From the NCBI RefSeq assembly GCF_006345805.1, contig NC_043006.1, positions 91,450,001-91,514,000 on the forward strand: a stretch of DNA of 64,000 nucleotides. The letters are read 5' to 3'. Both the position numbers and the translations under genes were made by a program. The DNA is from Octopus sinensis (taxonomy: Eukaryota). This document shows, piece after piece, positions 25,499 through 36,645 of the stretch; within the stretch, counting starts at the first letter, position 1, and the number at the start of each line of letters is the position of its first letter. The notes below the pieces were generated by a model. The model was not told where the DNA came from, did no database searches, and was given only the letters and a program-made list of their open reading frames with translations.

Positions 25499-25542
<44 letters not shown>

Positions 25543-25955
25543 ACTCTTACTCTTTTACTCTTTTACTTGTTTCAGTCATTTGACTGCGGCCATGCTGGAG
25601 CACCGCCTTTAATCGAGCAACCCGACCCCGGGACTTATTCTTTGTAAGCCCAGTACTTATTCTATCGGTCTCTTTTGCCGAACCGCTAAGTAACGGGGAC
25701 ATAAACACACCAGCATCGGTTGTCATGCAATGCTAGGGGGACAAACACAGACACACAAACACATACACACACATACATATATATATATATACGACAGGCT
25801 TATTTTCAGTTTCCGTCTACCAAATCCACTCACAAGGCTTTGGTCGGCCCGGGGCTATAGCAGAAGACACTTGCCCAAGATGCCACGCAGTGGGACTGAA
25901 CCCGGAACCATGTGGTTGGTAAGGAAGCTACTTACCACACAGCCACTCCTGCGCC
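25543..25955 (-). mobile_element. SINE family A, full length
   Basis: Minus strand GGCGCAGGAGTGGCTGTGTGG (A box)...GGGTTCAGTCCC (B box)...GGCGGTGCTCCAGCATGGCCGCAGTCAAATGACTGAAACAAG with a (TAAAAGAG)n tail. Confidence 0.9.
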
Positions 25956-25984
25956 TATTCTTCTATACACAATCACTCACACCC

Positions 25985-26042
<58 letters not shown>

Positions 26043-26113
26043 ACACTATACTTGTTCCACGTCCTCGCGTTGTTGTGTTTTCTCTTTGTGTTTCATGTTT
26101 GGATGAACTATAT

Positions 26114-26145
<32 letters not shown>

Positions 26146-26228
26146 ATATATACACAAATATGAGAGAGAATCCACTATGTGGACGCTCTAACGCTAAAGA
26201 TAAATCCGCAAGAGTCTCAACCACTAAG
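25956..26228. repeat. Left arm of an inverted repeat (family E); partner at 30085-30313
   Basis: TATTCTTCTATACAC...CAACCACTAAG is the reverse complement of 30085-30313 apart from (TA)n lengths. Confidence 0.85.
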
Positions 26229-26234
26229 TATGTG

Positions 26235-26299
<65 letters not shown>

Positions 26300-26303
<4 letters not shown>

Positions 26304-26422
26304 CACGTGATCACGTGACCGACCAGACCATCAGATGTTGTTACACATCGCTGGTCACCATTCGGTCGCATTGTCTTAGCCTTCAAATGACGCCATCCCG
26401 CTGGCTAAGCGAGCAGGCCAAC
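26300..26422 (-). mobile_element. SINE family D tail type 2 fragment
   Basis: TATCACGTGATCACGTGACCGACCAGACCATCAGATG...GAGCAGGCCAA; homologous to 37348-37462 and 40101-40220. Confidence 0.8.
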
Positions 26423-26427
26423 ATATG

Positions 26428-29400
26428 ATTGATTGATTGATTGATTCTAGTTTCAGCTTATGAGCCGTGGCCATGCTGGGGCACCGCCATTTGGTGTTGC
26501 TACTTGGTTTCACTTCATGGAGGCTTTCTAGCAACTGCTATTTGGTGCATGAGAGAGTTCGATGCAGCTGCCCTCATCTGCCCCTCCTGCCGTGAAGTTG
26601 GTTCATCTGGGACACCTGACAGGAAGAGATCCAGCTTCATTTTAAAGACATCTGTATCCACCCCATGCAGGTCTCTCAGGTTCTTCGGGAGGATATTGAA
26701 GAGCTGTGGGCCTCGGAAGCCCAGGCTATCACAGAATCTTGTCCTACATCTTGATGGCAGGTTTGGAGTCCTAGGCACCACGCAGTGGCGCCCAGTTCTG
26801 GCATTTGCGTAACTCTCGATGCCAAAGTTCAGGACACTTCCCTCCAGGATCTTCCAGATGTATATTATGGCATATCTTTCCCGCCTACGCTCCAGGGAAT
26901 ATAATTTTAATCTCTTGAGTCTTTCCCAGTAGCTTACATTCTGGATAGAGGCTATCTTCTTTGTGTAGCTTCGTTGGGTCGCCTCAAGTTCTGTGATCAA
27001 CTTGACACTGGATGGTGACCATAGCTGAGAGCAATAGTCAAAGTGGCTTAGGACAAGTGTCTTCCAGAGGACCATCATGGTTTCTTGTTCTCTTGTTCTA
27101 AAGGTTCTAAGAATCCATCCAGCCAGCCGTCTACATTTCAGTGTCAGTTTAGCAACATGTACATGAAAGGTCGCGTCATCACTCATGTGAATACCCAGGT
27201 CACGCACTGATTGTGCCTCTGGGATTACAATCCCTCCGGGTCCAGTGTATTCATTGGGTATTGCATTCAGTTTTGCATGCTGATAGTATAAAGCTTGAAA
27301 CTTTCCAGCATTGAACTGCATGCTATTCTTTTCAGCCCACTTGTATATTTCGTCCAGCTCACATTGCAGGTGTTTAGTGTCCTCAGGGTTCTGTATTGCC
27401 TGTGAAACTTTTGTATCATCTGCATAACTTGTGATCGTGGCTCTCTGCGTGGCTGAGGGCATGTCTGAGAGGGCCATTATGAACAGTAGTGGTCCCAGAA
27501 CAGTGCCCTGCGGAACACCGCTCACTATTTGTGTGTTAATGGAGGTGGCCCCATTGGCTACTACCACCTGACTTCTATCCTTCAGAAAGTCATGAAGCCA
27601 TTCTCCCAGTTTTCCAACTATGTTGAGATCACGCAGTTTGTGACATATCATTCCATGATCGACTTTATCAAAGGCCTTTGCAAAGTCGAGATATATCACT
27701 TCCACATTTGAGTGGTTGAGCAGCCGTTTCAGCACCCAGTCATAGTGTTGTAGGAGCTGAGTTAAACAGCTTCTCCCTGGTCGGAAACCATGTTGGGTGT
27801 CGGGCAGCAAGTCATTCTCTTCAAGGAAGGTGATCAGCTTCCTTCTGACTATTCGTTCCATGACCTTGCTGATGTGTGAGGTCAGAGAGATAGGTCTATA
27901 GTTCTTGGCTTCCGCTCTGCTACCTCCTTTATGAATGGGGCATATTTTACCTTCCTTCAGTTTTCCTGGAAGTTTGCCAGCTGCAAGGAAGCTCTGAAAG
28001 AGGAACTGCAGTGGTCTTGCTAGGACTCTCTTACATGCTTTTAGGAGGATTGCCGGGAATCCATCGGGGCCAGTAGCTGAGTCTGTTTTCATTTCATCTA
28101 TAGCCTTGGTTACATCTTCTTCCTTTATATCGATGTAATCTATCGTCGCCGCCTCTGATTTTATATCTGCAGTGTTAAAAAAGTCAGTTGGATTGGTGAT
28201 TTGGAGATGCCCAAGGGGTGGAGTGAAAACACTCTTGAATTGCTCATTCAGTATTTCACTTACCTCATTGGTTTTCCTGTAAGTGTGCCATCCTTTTCGA
28301 GGAGTGGCCCTATTCTACAGTGCACTGTAGCTGTTTCTTTGGCATACCTGTAGAAAGCTCTGGGGTTAGATTTTATGTTTTCTATAGCCCAGGCTTCTCT
28401 GTCTGCTCTTTCTTTTTCATGGGAGAGTTGCAGACATTTTTCGATTTCCAACAGTTTTATTTTTAGGCGGGACTTTTCACTGCTTTCAATCTGTTTGTTT
28501 AGGCGATTTGAAAATTTCGTACGCCGTCTCATTAAAATTTTCCTCTCTCTGGGGATTTTGTTCTTGTGTACAGTGGCCTTTCTCTCTGGGACACATTTGT
28601 AGCATATGGCTTGCATTACAGACATGAATTGTTGAAGTTTCACGTCGATGTCTGGCGAGGAGAGACATTTAGGCCAGTTTTGTTTGAGGATCTCTTTCTC
28701 AATTTGTTTCCAGTTTGCCTTATGGTAGTTCAAGCTGGAAAGATTTGAGGGTTTCTTGTAGGCTGCATGTCCGTGCTCTCTTTTGGCCGTACATGGTCAG
28801 CTCTATCATGTTGTGATCCGAGAGTAGTGTCGGTGTCACTTTCACATTATGGATGAGATCCATGTCATTTGTGAAGCAGAGATCCAGTGTGTTTCCTGCC
28901 CTGGTTGGTTGGAGTATTACCTGCTCCATGTACAGGGTGTTGATGAGGTTCAGGAGGGACCTCGCCTGTCCTCGTTCACATCTTGTCATTCCTGGGAGAG
29001 AAAGGCCCTCGGGCCATCTGACATTGGGCAGATTGAAGTCTCCCATAAGAAGCACACCTATGTGTTGTTCTAATGTGGTTAGAATTTCTTCTATTTTTAT
29101 AAGGCAGTCTTCAAACTTGCCCACATGGCTTGGGGCATCTGGAGGGCGATATGTAGCACACACAACTACATCAAGTTGCCTGATATGTACAATTAGTGTG
29201 TCACACACCGAGTTGAGTATGACAAGAGGACCTGGGGTGTGAGGTCCTCACGGATGTACATAGCAACACCTCCATGACTCCTTTCTTTCCTGTCGGTCCG
29301 TAGTACAGCATACTGTGGTATGTGTAACTCCGCATCTGCTATGTCCGGTTTCAGGTGCGTTTCTGTAAGTGCTATGCATAAGCTTGATTGCATGCAACAA

Positions 29401-29835
29401 AGTCTCTCAGGAACGGGATCTTTGTCCTGTTACTGAGTGTTTGCAGTCCTCTGATGTTCAGTAGGTGTATCGAGGTGAGGTGTACGTTGTTGCCGGCGGT
29501 GTCCATCCTGTGTCTGTTTGTTGTGGTGGTCTGGTATATAGTGGGTAGTCCCACCTGCGGGCTTGGGTTTGATGAAGCCAGGTCAGCTGCTGTACAATCT
29601 TTTGTGCCATGCACAAAAAAGATTGTTGCTCAGCAGCTGCTCTTTCGACAACATCATGTTGGCTGTTTGTGGCGCGCACAACATCTGCGTACCTCCGCTT
29701 TGGGGCAGGTGGTGCGTGGTCCATCCCTTTTCTTTGTGTTGATGGTTTGTCCATCTGCCTCGTGTCTCTGTGGCAGGGTCCCCGATGTGCAAAGCGGCAG
29801 CCTGCACCTTCCTTTCCATGCCAGCAGGAAAGGAA
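26428..29835 (-). mobile_element. CR1/L2-type LINE, 5'-truncated within ORF1, (AATC)n tail
   Basis: ORF1 end with CWHGKEGAGCRFAH (CCCH-finger-like), ORF2 with APE and RT domains, a short 3' UTR, and (TGAT)n at 26426-26446. Confidence 0.92.
26515..29506 (-). CDS. LINE ORF2: apurinic-like endonuclease + reverse transcriptase, about four 1-nt frameshifts
   Basis: LLNIRGL, IALTETHL, YRPP, MGDFNLP, LDLCF, SDHN (APE); GPDG, YRPISLTS, QHGFRPGRSC, YLDFAKAFDKV, GVPQGTVLGPLLF, YADDTK (RT). Confidence 0.92.
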
Positions 29836-30084
29836 ATTTATAAATAAGGATAATATCGATGTTTAAATATCGATATTATTCCCAGCATGGGAAAAATACC
29901 ATACAAAGGTAATAATTTTTATACAACTATAAATAAGGGTGTCCGAGAGACACCACCATGCCGAAATAGGAGTCAAATCCCTGACTCCAAAAAACACTTT
30001 AAATGTTCATATCGCACCATGAGATAAGACAGAGGGAGAAAAATAGACTAGCCATAGCGTGCTAAATTTTTCTTGAGAAGAATT

Positions 30085-30248
30085 CTTAGTGGTTGAGACT
30101 CTTGCGGATTTATCTTTAGCGTTAGAGCGTCCACATAGTGGATTCTCTCTCATATTTGTGTATATATATATATATATATATAGTTCATCCAAACATGAAA
30201 ACACAAAGAGAAAACACAACAACGCGAGGACGTGGAACAAGTATAGTG

Positions 30249-30286
<38 letters not shown>

Positions 30287-30313
30287 GTGTGAGTGATTGT
30301 GTATAGAAGAATA
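30085..30313. repeat. Right arm of the family E inverted repeat
   Basis: Reverse complement of 25956-26228. 30182-30250 also matches 56560-56625. Confidence 0.85.
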
Positions 30314-30447
30314 TATTAATAAAAAGAATTCCAACCTTGTCTGATTTTCACGTTTTATTACAATCTTATAATGATATATTATAAGATAATATATTATAAT
30401 TGAATAAAATAAAATGAAATAGTAGAATGTTAAATGTTCATTCTGAT

Positions 30448-30492
30448 TGAACTAGTACTTTCATGCATTGAATTCTGCAATCTTCGGGTTCA
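30448..30492 (-). ncRNA. Hammerhead copy with U4C substitution (probably inactive)
   Basis: The minus strand reads CCGAAGA where the right-arm copy has CTGAAGA. Confidence 0.6.
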
Positions 30493-30569
30493 TGTAGTAG
30501 TGTTGACAGTCATGCTTCACAATTTTTGACAGTCAAAAGTTGTGAAGCATGACTGTCACCACTACTACA

Positions 30570-30614
30570 TGAACCTGAAGATTGCAGAATTTAATGCATG
30601 AAAGTACTAGTTCA
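30570..30614 (+). ncRNA. Minimal type I hammerhead motif
   Basis: TGAAC-CTGAAGA-TTGCA(GAATTTAA)TGCAT-GAAA-GTAC-TA-GTTCA. Stem I is 5 bp, stem III is the palindrome AGTACT, and a U-U pair closes stem II. Cleavage predicted after A30609. Confidence 0.75.
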
Positions 30615-30743
30615 ATCAGAATGAACATTTAACATTCTACTATTTCATTTTATTTTATTCAATTATAATATATTATCTTATAATATATCATTATAAGATT
30701 GTAAATAAAACGTGAAAATCAGACAAGGTTGGAATTCTTTTTA

Positions 30744-30781
<38 letters not shown>

Positions 30782-31067
30782 AGTATATTTTATTTGGGGA
30801 TTAGCAAGCCTATCATTGGTTTCATGCCAAAAGAAATCTCTCAACAATTATCAAGCCTGCCACATCGAACAGTGATACTCATCTCCATCTTGGAGAACAC
30901 ACGCAGCTACACAAGACAGCACGGGTTTTTGGGATAATCAAATAAATATAGAGATCATAGGAAATTCTTAATTGTTATCTTCGTTGCGTTATCCATGGAG
31001 TCTTTGCAAGGAGTTGTGTTCACTATGAATTGTATCATAATAATAATAATAATAATATAATAATAAT

Positions 31068-31123
<56 letters not shown>

Positions 31124-31124
31124 T

Positions 31125-31240
31125 AACAACCAGAAATTACCAAAAACATCACAGCAAGCCACATCACAAACCCAAGGTACACAGAGCTGCACTCGGTAGT
31201 GAAGTGAAAGCACGTTATAAAAATAAAACTACTGACTAAT
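31125..31240 (+). mobile_element. R4/Dong-type element, 3' UTR only, between (AAT)n tracts
   Basis: CCCAAGGTACACAGAGCTGCACTCGGTAGTGAAGTGAAAGCACG...AAAACTACTGA is nearly identical to the 3' UTR at 31700-31767. Confidence 0.8.
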
Positions 31241-31267
31241 AATAATGATAATGATAATAATAATAAT

Positions 31268-31322
<55 letters not shown>

Positions 31323-31325
<3 letters not shown>

Positions 31326-31767
31326 CACAGATAGAGAAATTAAGGCCAACAGACCAGATATAGTTGTCAGAGATCATGAAGAAAAAAAATGCTTTCTAAT
31401 TGATGTATCAATACCAGCAGATGACAACGTGTCTCTAAAAGAAATGGAGAGACTTTCAAAATACAAAGACCTGGAAATAGAGGTAACCAGAATGTGGAAT
31501 CTAAAAACAGAAACAATTCCTATCATAGTAGGTGCATTAGGCATGTTAAAAAAATATTCAGACAAATACATAACAAAAACACCAGGACTTACAAACACAT
31601 ATAACATACAGAAAATTGCACTACTAGGCACTGCACACATCCTACGCAGAACACTTTCCATACAATAACCATCAGAGCATCACAACAAATCACAGCACAT
31701 ACCCAAGGCACACAGAGCTGCGCTCGGTAGTGAAGTGAAAGCACGCTATAAAAAATAAAACTACTGA
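31323..31767 (+). mobile_element. R4/Dong-type element, 3' fragment with the RLE domain
   Basis: ANRPDIVV...FLIDVSIP...LSKYKDLEIEVTRMWNLKTETIPIIVGALG...LGTAHILRR, flanked by (AAT)n on both sides. Confidence 0.88.
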
Positions 31768-31794
31768 ATAATAATAATAATATTAATAATAATG

Positions 31795-31833
<39 letters not shown>

Positions 31834-32690
31834 GCCCTGATGCAGTACCAGGTAGTGGCCCCGTGGCTTCTGATCTTAACTGATTGGAAGTGTTATCATG
31901 GACATTGTTTTGTCTTGATATAAAATATTGCAATTTCGTATTTTCATCTTTAAATATGAAAAATTAATTTATTAGGTCTTTATTATATGTGCATATATAT
32001 TTATTTATAGAGATTATTTTAGATCTTAATTATAATATTTATATACATTTATATATTTTCATTGATTATTTATATATTATAGTCATTTAAAAAAAATTAT
32101 TTATGTAATTAGATATAGACTATTACCGATATTAGATTATTGGTGGGTTTCTTACCTTAAAAATTAAAATTAATATTTAACATTATAATCGATTTTGATA
32201 TAATCATAATTGTTAAGTTTTAAGTTTCTAGTTTGATAATAGAGTTTATTATTAGTAAAATTATTATATTATTTATATCTTAAATATTGTTTAAATATTT
32301 CTGATTATTTTTAAATATTTCAATTAACCTGAAGATTGACTGTAACCATAACTCGAATTATTAATTGAATTTAAATTATTGTTATTCGAATTGGTACAGC
32401 CATGAAACGATCGTAGTGTTTTACTCTTTATCTTATATTAAACTTTTATTACTTTTGATATTTATATATAAAAAAAATTAATAAATAAAATAATATATAA
32501 ATATAAAAATATACATGCATATATATACATATATATTTAAAATTTATAAGTTTAAATTATTTAAATAATTTTTTTAATTTTTAACTTTTATATTTTAAAT
32601 TAATTTTATGTATTGGCTTATGTTTTTCACTGTTTGATTTGCCTAATAGAGGTTTGATCTCTAATTTAATATAATATAATATAATATAAT

Positions 32691-32767
<77 letters not shown>

Positions 32768-32789
32768 TATATATACATATATATATATG

Positions 32790-32824
<35 letters not shown>

Positions 32825-34009
32825 TAGTTTTCAATCATAGAAGAACGCCAAATAGAATACTCGTAGGTATAATGTATTAATTTCTAACATGGGCACAAGG
32901 CCACACATATTTCAGGAGTGGTATGTCTAGAGGAGGGATCGTGGTTTAAACCTATTTCAATACTTTAGTAATACTTTGTTTCATTAATCCCAGAAGAATG
33001 ATAGGTATATTTGACCTTAGCTGGACTGGACCTCAAAATGTAAAGAGCACCAACTAAGGTACTCAGTGCCACTTTATCGCCCACCCTCACCTTTCAACCA
33101 ATCCACCTCTCTTTAAATATATTATGACATCTTCATGGCTAGACTTTTGCAAGCCTTTGCACACACATTGATTTTTCAGTTCTGTTTTCTCCTTTTCTTT
33201 CTCTTTTTATAATTATCATGACATTTTAATTGACTTCTTGTTCAACGAATTTGTTGCACTTGATCATTATATTGCTTAACTGTCTGATCTAGGCCGAAAT
33301 ATTGTCGCCAAAACCAGTCAAAATAATGTTTAAATTAAGATCGATATTTATTCTATACTGTTTAAGACTTTACAGTTTTGAAATCTTGAACTTATCCTCC
33401 ATCTTGAAACTATTGATATGTATTTTTTCTGTCTTAACTTTGACTTTGAAACACTTAACACATGAACCTACAAATCTATTGATTAGTAAAAAACACCGTG
33501 CCCATGGGCCTTCACAGAGCCTCCCAGACGGGTTGGAAGGAGAGAGGGGTGAAACTATACTCAAACCGAAGATTTACAACAGAGAAGGACTCCGCTAAAG
33601 GAGCCATGATGTCACGTGGTTGTGCGAAACCAGACAACGGATTATATCTAGCAGCCAAGAAATAACTAACAGTTTATACGCGTTTCCAGCCTTCATGCAT
33701 ATTGGTATAGACAGGTAAGTCTATGCCGTGATGTTTGACTGAACCCGAATCCACATGGCTGCAAAGCGAGCTTCTTAACCACACAACTACGCCTGCGCCT
33801 AGATATTCAGGAAATAAAAAAAGAAAAATGCTAAGGAACACATCGTGATTGAGTGGAACGAAACTTGGGCATACATGGAGGAAGTTTCCCTCTTTACATT
33901 TGATATTTATATATTTTCATTGAGCTTGTAAACTTATTGTTATTAATATAAATATAAATATAAATATTTTATCAAATGTTTTGAATATAAAATGAAAGCA
34001 TAAAACCAA

Positions 34010-34131
34010 ATAATTACAGCAGGAGATAATTACAATAGGGGATAATTACAACAGGGGATAATTACAATAGGGAATAATTACAATAGGAAATAATTACCAT
34101 AGGAGATAATTGCAATAGTAGATAATTACAA
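34010..34131 (+). repeat. 16-bp minisatellite, ~7.6 copies
   Basis: Unit ATAATTACAATAGGRR read directly. Confidence 0.9.
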
Positions 34132-35794
34132 AGCGATTCGACAAAAAGATTCCGATAGAATAAATATGAGGCTTTAAAAAACCAAAGGGATCGACTCATT
34201 CGGTTAAAAGTTCTTCAGGGTGATGCCCCAGCATGGCCACAGTCTAATGACTGAAACAAGTAAAAGATAAAAGATATAAATAACGAGTAAACCGAATCCA
34301 CTAAAAGCTAGGTAGGGAATCGCTTAAATACAGACCGATTGAAGTCCAAATAATTCACTTGGTTTTATGAATTCCATTTATATATTGATTAAATGAATTA
34401 AGGTGTCTGTGAAACTGAAAAGCCATGATACACTGTGAGAGGTAAATGATATTTGTTAGGAGCTGTCATGGAAACTATAACCAAAAAGAAGAGATAAATA
34501 ATGAAATGCTTGTGTCATATTCATAGATCGTTTTGTCGTCTGCAGGAATTGGAAGATCTTATTTAAGGGTTGCTTGGATCATTGGAAATAAATTGATCTT
34601 TCAACTTTGGCAACCTTTTAAATACTAATTTTAAAATGTTTTCTCTCTCTCTCTTTCTTTGATTGGTAATTTTTTCATTGAAACAAATAACAGCATTAAG
34701 TTTTTGAATAGTCTCCACAAGAATATAAAGACGATTCTGTACGACTTGTTCTTGATAGAAATCAGTTTTAAAGAGTGTGGCTTGTTCGAAGCCAACAAAG
34801 TCTTTGTTAAACTTGCTTAGAATCTGATATGCTTTACACGTCGATCGATCTGCATCAGATAATGGAAGATCAAATTATCGATAGTTCATCGCTTTATGCA
34901 TAAAGGTAAACTTTAGTCAAAATTTTCGTTTAAGAAAAAAAATTGTATACTTTATAAACTTTGAACCAGTTACGATTACGATTTTCAAATTTGAAATCTA
35001 ATGTGATTTGTATCAAATACGTAAAAAAAAAAAAGAATGTAAGAAACCTAGAGATGTTCTAGTTTAGTGAAGTCATTCAAATAATTTCAAATCATCTCCA
35101 AAAAAAAAAAAGATATTTTCTGTTCTCATTAATCGTAAATATATACGGTAAATAAATGTCCTCATTATTGCAATTCGCATTCTTTGATGTTATCTTTGAC
35201 AACAATAAGTTAAAAATAAATTCAATGATTTCTTTTAGCAACTTGAGATATATCTTATTATTATCTTTTTCTGGATCCTTTTAATTATTTTCAACATTTC
35301 TCACTCTTATATCATTCTTGTATTATGTTTATATTCACTATTCATTCATTGTTCTTTCTTTGTTTCACGTGGGAAACAATTCCTAATGTTTGAAGATTCC
35401 AATTATTTTCTAACATCTTCAATAATTGGATTCTTTGATGCTATTATGTCAGTTCTTCAACCGAAAAACCGTGAATATTTCATTACATTTCAGACGATAA
35501 AAAAAAGAAAAAAAAATCCCTTCGAAGTGATTCTTGTATATTAACTACGTACAAATGCAACCATGTGCGGCTGATAATTAACTAAAAAGTGACAAGTCTT
35601 TAAAAATGTATGTTAACAAGATAATTCGATTTTTCAATCAAGCCTTGTTGTTTAAAGAAAACCTAGAATGACTTTTATTTTAAACACCGGAAAAAAATGA
35701 GTGGCTGACGGGTAGCAAAATGTATGCCACCACCTGTTTCATGTGTTGAACAGATTCTCTTTAAGACTCATTTGTAGATGATATAATCATAGGA

Positions 35795-36000
35795 AAGGCG
35801 GCGAGCTGGCAGGAAAGTACGTCGGGCGAAATGCTTAGCGGTATTTCGCCTGCTGTTACGTTCTGAGTTCAAATTCCGCCGAGGTCGACTTTTACTTTAA
35901 TCCTGTCAGGGTCGATAAAGTAAGTACCAGTTGCATACTGTGGTCGATCTAATCGACTGCCCTCCCCCAAATTTTGGGCCTTGTGCCTAGAGTAGAAAAG
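35795..36000 (+). mobile_element. SINE family B
   Basis: AAGGCGGCGAGCTGGCAG...GAGTTCAAATTCCGCCGAGGTCGAC...TTGTGCCTAGAGTAGAAAAG. Confidence 0.8.
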
Positions 36001-36063
36001 GATATAGTCATACTAGAGAGATCTATCATTTAAATAACGTATAAATATTTAAATATGTAAACA

Positions 36064-36215
36064 CGCGCAGGTGTAACTGTGATAAGAAGTTTACTTCCCA
36101 CCTAATTGGTTCCAGGTTCCCACACGTGGCACTTTGGGCATAGGTCTTCTGTATGGCCTCGGGCCTACTAAAACCTTGTGAGTGGATTTGGTTGAGAGAA
36201 ATTGATATACATACA

Positions 36216-36306
<91 letters not shown>

Positions 36307-36348
36307 ATACGTATATGTATGTGTGTATATATATATACATACATAGAT

Positions 36349-36379
<31 letters not shown>

Positions 36380-36645
36380 CACATGTATATATATTTATAT
36401 ATATATACATACGTATATGTATGTATATCAGTTTATATATGTTTATGTCTGTTTTATTTCCCTACTGTTTGACAATTGATGTTGTGTTTACGTAACCTAG
36501 TGGTTTGGCAAAAGCGACCGATGGAATAAGTACCAGCCTTTATAAAATCATGTGTACCGAGGTCGATTCGTTCGACTAAAATCATCTAAGGCGGTGCTCC
36601 AGCGTGGCCGCTCTCTAATGACTGAAACACTTAAAGGATAAAGAA
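36064..36645 (+). mobile_element. SINE family A, diverged, with (TATC)n expansion
   Basis: Head GCGCAGGTGTAACTGTG...; tail GGCGGTGCTCCAGCGTGGCCGCTCTCTAATGACTGAAAC. Confidence 0.7.

Larger units (their letters stand above)
20011..25502 (-). mobile_element. Penelope-like retroelement, 5'-truncated, with inverted pseudo-LTRs
   Basis: RT and GIY-YIG coding region on the minus strand (24888 to 22619), then a ~1.8-kb AT-rich 3' region. 20186-20797 is the reverse complement of 24889-25502. Confidence 0.9.
30311..30752. repeat. Near-perfect 440-bp palindrome with a 1-nt loop and a hammerhead in each arm
   Basis: Centre TTTTGAC-A-GTCAAAA at 30531. The arms differ by about four substitutions and one indel. 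Confidence 0.92.

Noticed and set aside
31935-32660. Extremely AT-rich block as a possible NUMT, with CTGAAGA near 32330
   Set aside because: No mitochondrial gene or tRNA recognised; the hammerhead partner reads GAAT and the stems are poor.
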